Source: a virus (taxonomy: Duplodnaviria; Caudoviricetes). Taken from it: 64,000 bases of DNA. The number at the start of each line of letters is the position of its first letter. The first letter of the stretch is position 1. Shown here piece after piece: positions 16,893-24,645 of this stretch. Below the pieces are notes generated by a model. The model was not told where the DNA came from and did no database searches. It saw nothing but the letters and a program-made list of their open reading frames with translations. Location: the IMG/VR virus record IMGVR_UViG_3300040811_001959; one strand, written 5' to 3'. Position numbers and translations under genes: made by a program.

Positions 16893-17897
16893 ATGACACA
16901 GGTCAAAATTGTCGAAGGAACTTACAACGTTCGTGGAACTGATACATCTGTTGCAGGTATGATCTTTACGCTTGTAGAGGACTTCAAGCTTGGTGTTAAT
17001 GGCGGATATATTACAATTGACGGCAGCAAGACAGTAGGCTTTCCTGATCGTAACCTTAAGATCAAAATGGTAGGACCTCACTGTAGAGAACTGCTTGACG
17101 AAACTGTTTCTGTTAACAGTCGCAAAGAAACTGATGAGGAGACTATCGAAAGACTGCGAGAGCGATTTGACATGTTAGAGGACATGACACGAGCATGCAA
17201 GAAGGGCGATGTACGTGCAATGATCGTGTCAGGTCCTCCGGGAGTAGGCAAGTCACACGGTGTTGAGAAAGTACTTGCAAAGCATGATATGATCACAACG
17301 CTTGCGAATACTGCTCCTAAATACGTAATCGTAAAAGGTGCAATGTCGCCTTTAGGTCTATACATGAAACTGTACAACTATTCTGCTAAAGATAATGTTG
17401 TAGTTTTTGATGACTGTGACAGCATCTTCCAGGATGAACTTAGTCTTAACATCTTAAAAGCTGCATTAGATAGCAAGAAGACACGTAAGATCTTTTGGAA
17501 TACCGACAGTCGTGCGCTTCGTTCGGAAGGTATTCCAGATCAGTTCGAGTTTAAAGGCTCTGCAGTATTCATTACTAATCTAAAGTTTGAGAAAGTCAAA
17601 GGCAAATTGCGTGAGCATTTAGAAGCATTAGAGTCACGCTGTCACTACATCGACCTAACTATCGATACAGATAGAGAGAAGATGTTACGTATCAAGCAGA
17701 TCGTATCAGACGGCATGCTCGACGAATATGCATTTGAAGACGACACTGCAGAGGAGATACTAGACTTCGTGTCAATTAATAAAGATCGCTTGAGAGAACT
17801 CAGTCTTCGGACTGTGCTTAAGATTGCAGATCTTGCAAAAGCTTTTCCAACCAAATGGGAAGCTATGGCAGAGAATACGGTGATGCGTCGAGCCTAA
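16893..17897 (+). CDS. AAA+ ATPase
   Basis: Walker A GPPGVGKS, Walker B VVVFDD, sensor FITN, ALESR arginine finger. Confidence 0.88.
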   Translation: MTQVKIVEGTYNVRGTDTSVAGMIFTLVEDFKLGVNGGYITIDGSKTVGFPDRNLKIKMVGPHCRELLDETVSVNSRKETDEETIERLRERFDMLEDMTRACKKGDVRAMIVSGPPGVGKSHGVEKVLAKHDMITTLANTAPKYVIVKGAMSPLGLYMKLYNYSAKDNVVVFDDCDSIFQDELSLNILKAALDSKKTRKIFWNTDSRALRSEGIPDQFEFKGSAVFITNLKFEKVKGKLREHLEALESRCHYIDLTIDTDREKMLRIKQIVSDGMLDEYAFEDDTAEEILDFVSINKDRLRELSLRTVLKIADLAKAFPTKWEAMAENTVMRRA

Positions 17898-17972
17898 GCC
17901 CTCGGGCTCCGCATTGCACGGGCGGCAGTGCCCCTCAGCTGTCGCCCCAGAACAAAAAAAATAAAAAAAAGG

Positions 17973-18001
17973 TTGACGCGAGCACAAGGCTTTGCTATAC
18001 T
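17973..18001 (+). promoter_or_regulatory. early promoter P8
   Basis: A-tract, TTGACG-17-TATACT. Confidence 0.85.
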
Positions 18002-18057
18002 ATTAATACAGTGAGCGACAAGCTCATCCTTCCAATAACTCCACATAGGAGATCACA

Positions 18058-19038
18058 ATGGCAGCAAGACGCAAGACAATCGACTTAGACACTTTCGTCA
18101 ACTGGTGCAACGACAGGCTCGCCAAGAGCAATTTCCAAGAACAAGACAGCACAGAAGGTGTTGGCTATCGCAAGGGCATTATGACAGCCGTTGAGGAGGC
18201 GCTGTTCAGTGCCAATCGCTACCAAGGCTATCGCGCCATCCGTCCACACGAAGCAGAAGTGAAGGACGGCTGGGGATACGACGATGCGACTGGTGAGTGG
18301 AACGATGACACTCGTCGTGTGTATTTCATCTAATCTAAAACTAAGGAGAATTATGATCGAAGACAACCGTACCAGCAAAGATATCCGCAAGGAGATCAAG
18401 CAATTGAAAAAGCTTGTGAAGGTAAAGCAGGAACTGTTAGGCATCGTGCTGATGCAGGAAGAGCTAAGCCAGATCAAACTACAGAAGACTTTTGACGACG
18501 CCGGTAACTAATTAATTTAATCTAAGGAGCACGACATGGCACAGGTAACCAAGCGAGTACAATCACTTTCACAGACAGTACAAGAAGTAGAAGAAGACAT
18601 CTGCTGGCTGCAGCGACATGCAGTGAACGGCATCGTACCGCAGAAGGTACAGAAAGAACTGCAGGACCTGCAGCGGACACGAGCTAGCCTGATTGAACGA
18701 CAAACAGAGCTGGCGTAAACGGTTCCTTATAAGGCAAGGGTTTGGTTTGGTAGAGCCTGGAGTGACCCTTGCCGCCTCCACCACTACACTTCACGACGAG
18801 AATCACAATGACAACGATCCAGAAACGATACAATAAACTAAGACAGATGTCAATCCAGGAATTAGAAACAGAACGATCCAGCCTGTATGACGCGATGGCA
18901 GAAGAAGAAGCAGATCCCTACGGAGGATGGGGTAGCTATCACCACGACAGCCTAAGCCTAGATGTGTCAATTGTAGAAGAGGTGCTGGACGAAAAAAAGA
19001 AAGCCAACAAGATCAATGACTTAGCGTTAACCTGCTGA
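18058..19038 (+). CDS. run of four small early ORFs (18058-18333, 18353-18511, 18536-18718, 18808-19038)
   Basis: same strand downstream of P8; the first three have AGGAG RBS. Confidence 0.6.
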
Positions 19039-19088
19039 TATCGCAAGAGATCTTTTCTGTTGATTTTTTGGACCGGATCAGATATACT
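19014..19088 (+). promoter_or_regulatory. palindromic element copy D + early promoter P9
   Basis: CAATGACTTA-GCGT-TAACCTGCTG-N10-AGATCTTTT, then TTGATT(19060)-17-TATACT. Confidence 0.72.
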
Positions 19089-19131
19089 ATATGCATAGTG
19101 AATGATACCACAACGCCAACTAGGAGCGAAC

Positions 19132-19326
19132 ATGACACGAGAGCAGATCCAACAAGCAACACAGGCATTCCTTGCAAACGGCGGAGAGATCCAGAAGATG
19201 CCAGAGCGCAAATCCTACACCTGGGCTGACATCAGCAACATGCTGGAGCGGATACTAGATCAGGTAGACGGCATTGATGACGAAGTTGAAGCCGGAGGAT
19301 ATGACGAAGCTGCCGTAGGAATTTGA
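19132..19326 (+). CDS. small acidic early protein
   Basis: AGGAG RBS; start MTREQ. Confidence 0.6.
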   Translation: MTREQIQQATQAFLANGGEIQKMPERKSYTWADISNMLERILDQVDGIDDEVEAGGYDEAAVGI

Positions 19327-19345
19327 AAATAATTTAAAAAAATGG

Positions 19346-19374
19346 TTGACTTCTCCGCAGGAGTCAACTATACT
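19346..19374 (+). promoter_or_regulatory. early promoter P10
   Basis: TTGACT-17-TATACT. Confidence 0.85.
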
Positions 19375-19428
19375 GTATAGACACTGAGCGAACAGCTCCA
19401 CTCCACTCACTCCACACTAGGAGATCAC

Positions 19429-19894
19429 ATGCCACAGTCAGTCTACCACATCCAATTACAAGAGATCCAAGAAGAGATTGATATGCTGAACGAAGCCTGC
19501 ACTAGGCCTGAAGAAGACGAGTTCCAGATCATGCGTTGGAGAGATCGCATCTTTGATCTGGAGCAGGAGCAGATCTTAATTGAGCAGCGACATGCAGAGC
19601 TGGATCAGATGGACGACGACTACGCCTTGTTTGAAGACTTCATCGAATTCGTTTAATCACTACCAAGGAGACACCATGAGTGTAGCAGCCAACATGAACT
19701 TCATCTGGGGCGCCATTGCCAACAAGAGCCGCACAATGATCCAAACAGATCAGGGTCCGATGCGGATCTTCTCCATCCGCACCAAGGCAGGAGTGGATAT
19801 GGAGATCATGGCCGTCAACAATCAATCCAACAACCACACCTTCATCACAGTCACTCCAGACAATTCGGGTGACATCAGATCACGACTTTTTTAA
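19429..19894 (+). CDS. two small early ORFs (19429-19656, 19676-19894)
   Basis: AGGAG RBS before each. Confidence 0.6.
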
Positions 19895-19902
19895 AAAAAT
19901 AG

Positions 19903-19931
19903 TTGACTTATCCAAGCTCGTTTGCTATACT
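19903..19931 (+). promoter_or_regulatory. early promoter P11
   Basis: TTGACT-17-TATACT. Confidence 0.85.
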
Positions 19932-19987
19932 ATATAGACAGTGAGCGAACGAGCTCCATTTCCAATAACTCCAACAGAGAGTTCCAA

Positions 19988-20206
19988 ATGTTGCAAGCAA
20001 TCCGATCAGCTTCAGGCCTAATCTCAGTCCTATTCTTCTTCATCGCAGTAGGCAGTGACAATTGGCCCGCCACACTCTGTGCCGCAGCCATAGCGTTCTT
20101 GTTCGCAGTCGTAGAATATGAAGAAGCAAAAGAACTGGGCTTCTTCAACAGACCCACGGCGCAAAAGAAAATTTCCCTACAAAATCAACAGGTTGCACGT
20201 AAATAA
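19988..20206 (+). CDS. small two-TM membrane protein
   Basis: two hydrophobic helices; start MLQAIR. Confidence 0.55.
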   Translation: MLQAIRSASGLISVLFFFIAVGSDNWPATLCAAAIAFLFAVVEYEEAKELGFFNRPTAQKKISLQNQQVARK

Positions 20207-20260
20207 CTGAAATTGCATAGGATCTTTTTTGTTGCTTTTTTTATGCTAGTAAACTATACT
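20186..20260 (+). promoter_or_regulatory. degenerate palindromic element copy E + early promoter P12
   Basis: CAACAGGTTG-CACG-TAAATAACTG-N10-GGATCTTTTT, then TTGCTT(20232)-17-TATACT. Confidence 0.65.
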
Positions 20261-20316
20261 ATTAAAACAGTGCAGCAAAGCTTGCTGCGTTTTTTAAATT
20301 GCATTAGGAGTTTACT

Positions 20317-21180
20317 ATGCAAACTATTAAAGTACTTGTAAGCGGCACAAAAAGCTTTATGCAACATGCAATTGCACTGACAACTGGCTATACAGTTAAA
20401 AGTTACTTGCATGAAGAAAGTATGAGTGAGGATGACGAATGGACAGAGTTTGCAGTATATGTGTTAGAGGGAACAAGAGAAGACATTGATGAAGTAGACA
20501 CGCAACTGCAACAAATTGCAGCAATTGTTGATGAAGAACTATACGGAGGAGAACTAGGCGAAATTTAATGTAACACAAACATGCAGCATTATGCTGCATG
20601 TTTTTTGCATACAACAAACGGAGAGATTAACGTGCAACAAACAAAACACAAACCTCTGGACGTTCCTGGCTCACCTTATTGGTGCGGCAAGAAGGATAAG
20701 CAAGACGGATTAAAGTCACGTCCACATTACTATCCCAGCATGCTGGCAGGCAGTATGAAACGCTGGGGCACTGACCGTATGATGCAGATGGAGATAGAAG
20801 AGTATGAGCTTGGATACAACGAAAACTAATAACCTATATCGTGTACGCTATGCACACGGTACCAACGAATATGTGGACGAGATCATAGCACCCACAGAGC
20901 GGCATGCAGCCCAGATCATCATACACTACATGCACACCAACAACTGGACTACAGGACGGGTGCTGGGTGTACAACTACTAAAGCGAGCATACTCATGAAC
21001 ATATACTCTGCAGTAGAACGATTGGAAAGATTGATGTGGGAGAAGACAAGGATTGAAAGAGAGATAGTAGAAATGAATATCATAATCGATCGTCTCTCGG
21101 AATCCGAGAAAGAAAATTTTTTCGGTCGGGAGGAGAAAAAAAATTTCCTCGAGGGGTCGGGGCTTATAAATTATAATTAA
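20317..21180 (+). CDS. run of small early ORFs (20317-20568, ~20581-20829, 20804-20998, 20995-21180)
   Basis: coupled ORFs on the + strand; exact starts uncertain. Confidence 0.5.
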
Positions 21181-21254
21181 TGATAACAGCTACTTAGCTT
21201 AATGACCCCATATGTGCAAAACCACCACCCTGAAACTGTAAGTACTCCACCATG

Positions 21255-21281
21255 AAAAATTTGCGCCCGCAGATTTTTTTC
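21255..21281. terminator. bidirectional intrinsic terminator ending the early block
   Basis: AAAAATTTGCG-CC-CGCAGATTTTTTTT between convergent genes. Confidence 0.6.
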
Positions 21282-21332
21282 ACGCAGGAACCCCTTTGGG
21301 CTGCAAGCCTCCGTACCCCTCATCCGGGTGTT

Positions 21333-21740
21333 TCACGGTAATAACTGTATGGGAATTTGATTCACGGTGGAATGCACCAGTGTCGCTGCTAACACAAAGT
21401 GTCGACTCATCATCTGGAACGGTTCTCTGTCAATCCTCGCATAAGCTGACTCGCCAATCTGTCTATAGTACTCCGTTGTTATTCCACGGTGCTGCCTGTA
21501 TGTGGGCCACGCTCCTGAGACTAGCAGTGCACAATCCGCAACCGTTTTACAGTCTAGGTCTGTTTCAGCGGTTAGATATTGTTCTGCGAAAGTCTTCTCC
21601 TGCGTGACAGCAGGTTTATCACAGTATTCTGCCATTACGGCTGTTGTATACTGCTGCAGTTCCCATGGTAAGCATAATCCTTGCTGGTCTACGACTTCTT
21701 TAACTAATTGTTCAAATATGGTTAAGTAAACTGCTTGCAT
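21333..21740 (-). CDS. hypothetical protein
   Basis: perfect TATAAATA immediately upstream on the - strand. Confidence 0.65.
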   Translation of the reverse strand: MQAVYLTIFEQLVKEVVDQQGLCLPWELQQYTTAVMAEYCDKPAVTQEKTFAEQYLTAETDLDCKTVADCALLVSGAWPTYRQHRGITTEYYRQIGESAYARIDREPFQMMSRHFVLAATLVHSTVNQIPIQLLP

Positions 21741-21918
21741 ACTATATTTATAGTCGGAGGAACGAATATAAAATTGCCTAAAATTAGCGATCGGGGCGTA
21801 TGATGTATAATGATGTGTCGTTTTAACTGTTAAGAGGAGGTAATGACAAAAATGCGGAAATCGCCTGCGGGCTTACCGCTTTACGCTTCGCGCTCTAGAT
21901 CTTACCACTAAATACCTT

Positions 21919-22512
21919 ATGTCACGTATAATCGCATTTGGATGTTCAAACACATTTGGTCAAGGTTCTCCTGATTGCGTTACTGCTAGGCGTGGGGATC
22001 AACCTAGTCGCTACGCTTGGCCGGCAGTGCTCGGAAGACTGTTAAATAGACCTGTGGTTAATCTTGCAGTGCCTGGTGCTAGCAATTTAGAAATACTACA
22101 TCAAATAACTCGAACAGAATTTAAACCTGGCGATCTTGTATATGTGTTTTGGTCTTATCTTGATAGATGGTCAATCATTCGTGAATCAGACGTCGTCCAG
22201 ATAGGTCCTTGGTTTCAAGAATTTCCAAAGCGGAAAAACATGATCGAAACATGGTACAAGTACTTCCACGATGATTACCATGCACAATTCATGTATCGAA
22301 TAATTGTAGAAGAAGCTAGGAGATTAATTTCTAAAACAGTAACCACGTGTACATTCTTAGAGCCTGGTCCTTCGGGCATACAGTTTGGATTTCCCATGTT
22401 ACCGATAGATTTAGATCAACTACGAGAGCGATTTCCTGTTGGGCTAGATAACGTACATGTAGGAACAGAAGCACACAGGTATATAGCTGCACAGTTAAAA
22501 GAACGGTTATAA
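21919..22512 (+). CDS. SGNH/GDSL-hydrolase-like protein
   Basis: IIAFGCSNTFG (block I), NLAVPGASN (block II), DNVHVG (DxxH-like block V). Confidence 0.75.
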   Translation: MSRIIAFGCSNTFGQGSPDCVTARRGDQPSRYAWPAVLGRLLNRPVVNLAVPGASNLEILHQITRTEFKPGDLVYVFWSYLDRWSIIRESDVVQIGPWFQEFPKRKNMIETWYKYFHDDYHAQFMYRIIVEEARRLISKTVTTCTFLEPGPSGIQFGFPMLPIDLDQLRERFPVGLDNVHVGTEAHRYIAAQLKERL

Positions 22513-23021
22513 TGTTTTATTCCGTTATAGATTTTTTCTCCTACGATACTATACAAAAAATTACCGCAGATATAAACTGTTATTCCAGTAGAGATTACTC
22601 GGGTTGGTCGGAACGTTATAATTACACTGTGCGCACCGATCGTTGTTGTTTGTATTATTCAGATTGGGTATGGAGACTGTTAAGGAAAAAAATATCAAGT
22701 ACTCATCTATTACCTGTGGATTGGATTTTCCGTCCTTGGAGGATACACAAATTTTCAGCAGGAGGTTTTTATTCTTGGCACACGGATAATGTAATAGCCA
22801 ATAAGGAAACACACAGTGTCCGAACAAGGACAATAGTTATTAATTTAGATACAGAATATGATTTTAAATTAGAAACCGTTAAGGGTGATTATGATTTAAA
22901 ACCTGGAACGGGTATACAGATGCCAGTTGAAGACTACTATGCAATTAACATAGGTCGAAATGAAAGGTTAGAACACCGTGTTCTAACCACATGGGGAATG
23001 CGATCTAAGCTGTTTAGTTAG
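22512..23021 (+). CDS. 2OG-Fe(II) oxygenase-like protein
   Basis: GGFYSWHTD (HxD), LEHRV, TWG. Confidence 0.6.
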   Translation: MFYSVIDFFSYDTIQKITADINCYSSRDYSGWSERYNYTVRTDRCCLYYSDWVWRLLRKKISSTHLLPVDWIFRPWRIHKFSAGGFYSWHTDNVIANKETHSVRTRTIVINLDTEYDFKLETVKGDYDLKPGTGIQMPVEDYYAINIGRNERLEHRVLTTWGMRSKLFS

Positions 23022-23520
23022 GTCGTTCTTGTTTTGGAGGAAGCAATCTTGTAGAGTCAATGTCATACAGTTCAAACATATCTCCGCCTTGGGATTTATT
23101 CGTACCTAAACCACCTGACTGATCGCCTAGATCTCCTATGCCTTCGTCATCCTCGGATGTTTGATTAAAGTTTCCTTCTACCCAAACTCCATTGCGTGCC
23201 TTCTGCATTGCTGCTTCTAGCTGTGCATGCTGTTCTTCTGTGTACGGTAATGAGTAAGCTCTAGGTTCAGTATCGTTGTCGTGTATTACCCACATGAATA
23301 ATCTATCGTCGGAATTAGCATAACTCAAGAGTACAAACTTTGATTGTAGATAACGTGTGGTAGGATATCCCAGTATGCTGCCATAAAAAGTATATAATCC
23401 AATCGCACAAGCAAGTGAAACAGGAATTATATAATAAAGATGTATGCTGCTTCTAGTGCTGATAATAGCGTATAGGATCAGCAGCACAACAACTATTGCA
23501 ATCAATAATAAATAGGTCAT
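23014..23520 (-). CDS. membrane protein, third gene of the ExbBD-like module
   Basis: two N-terminal TM helices; coupled to the upstream gene. Confidence 0.65.
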   Translation of the reverse strand: MTYLLLIAIVVVLLILYAIISTRSSIHLYYIIPVSLACAIGLYTFYGSILGYPTTRYLQSKFVLLSYANSDDRLFMWVIHDNDTEPRAYSLPYTEEQHAQLEAAMQKARNGVWVEGNFNQTSEDDEGIGDLGDQSGGLGTNKSQGGDMFELYDIDSTRLLPPKQERPN

Positions 23521-24176
23521 TAAAAGCCTCCTGAACGACTACCGCTTGATGTTGTTGTTGTGCCTACCTGTGCTTGCACTAATCGTTTAGGTAGTCTGTT
23601 TATTTTAGTAGCAGTGCCTTCTGCATCAAGTGTAAATCTAACAAATGTTTCTTCTTGTCCTTTTGCATCTAGAGTTTTACCATCTGAAAATATAATTTGG
23701 AACGGGTTTAATCTTAAAACTTCTATTTTTACTTCTGCAGGAATACGAGTTCCATATTGTTCAGAACCTATGCCTGGAGTAGTATAATAATGGGCATTGA
23801 CTACATAGTCGCCTGGTTGCAGTGCTCTAAGGGTAACTATTTCTCTGTTAAGATAGATCTTTTCTACCTCGCCATTTGGTAAAGTATAATAATCATTTCT
23901 TACACCTAAATCGTCCTTGTCTAGGTGTGCATGGCCTGCAACAGGGTTTATGTAGCTGACTTTGCCGTTAGGAGTCTCTACCCAAAGGTCAATATCTCCT
24001 TCGTGATCGTCCTGCCAGCTCATTACAATCATAATCTCTGCTTTGTATTCTATTTCAGATGTTTTGGCAGGATTATTAATCAGCAAGAAGCTGATTAGGA
24101 ACAGCATCACAAAACCAAGTATTAAATTGAATAATAAATCTATAAATGCAAGATTTGATACGTAACGTCTATCCAT
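23520..24176 (-). CDS. ExbD/MotB-like single-pass membrane protein
   Basis: short N-terminus, TM helix with conserved Asp (AFIDLLFNLILGF), soluble domain DIDLWV...LDKDD. Confidence 0.6.
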   Translation of the reverse strand: MDRRYVSNLAFIDLLFNLILGFVMLFLISFLLINNPAKTSEIEYKAEIMIVMSWQDDHEGDIDLWVETPNGKVSYINPVAGHAHLDKDDLGVRNDYYTLPNGEVEKIYLNREIVTLRALQPGDYVVNAHYYTTPGIGSEQYGTRIPAEVKIEVLRLNPFQIIFSDGKTLDAKGQEETFVRFTLDAEGTATKINRLPKRLVQAQVGTTTTSSGSRSGGF

Positions 24177-24645
24177 CTACGTGCTCATCCACTAACACCA
24201 GTTGTAACTTTAACAGCACACTCGCAATTAAGCCAACCAGTGTAGTCCATAGAGCAGTTCCCATTCCTGTAGCCATCATACCCAGTGCTTCCTGTACACT
24301 TGCGGTATCTTCTACATTTAAATCTATAAACACTGTGGTTAGCATGTAGATAAATCCTACCACAGTTCCTATCATTCCTAAGCTCAGCATGGTCTCACCG
24401 GCGAACCATTCTGGATTGGTGCTAAAAGTGTATCTGTCTTTATCACGGTCAAATCGGTGTAATCTGTAGCCTAGTCTCAGAGAGAATAAGAAATATAATC
24501 CTATAATAACCCAGCTAATCTTAGTAATGTCACTTTTGTATAGGCTGTCCAGGAATCCAAACGTCCAGCTGAGATACATTACTAATACACTTACACAGAA
24601 TACCGTATACCATTTAAGTCTAGTTTGTACATGTTCGTTCATCAT
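24169..24645 (-). CDS. MotA/TolQ/ExbB proton-channel family protein
   Basis: LGMIGTVVGFI...GMGTALWTTLVGL. Confidence 0.8.
   Translation of the reverse strand: MMNEHVQTRLKWYTVFCVSVLVMYLSWTFGFLDSLYKSDITKISWVIIGLYFLFSLRLGYRLHRFDRDKDRYTFSTNPEWFAGETMLSLGMIGTVVGFIYMLTTVFIDLNVEDTASVQEALGMMATGMGTALWTTLVGLIASVLLKLQLVLVDEHVDG

Noticed and set aside
18733-18783. tmRNA gene
   Set aside because: No GGGGGCG-type 5' acceptor strand, T-loop or tag ORF nearby in either permutation.
13710-20230. Palindromic elements as Xer/dif or lox-type recombination sites
   Set aside because: Central spacers all differ (GCAG, GTGC, CAGC, GCGT, CACG), there is no dif consensus, no tyrosine recombinase is in the window, and fixed spacing to promoters fits an operator better.
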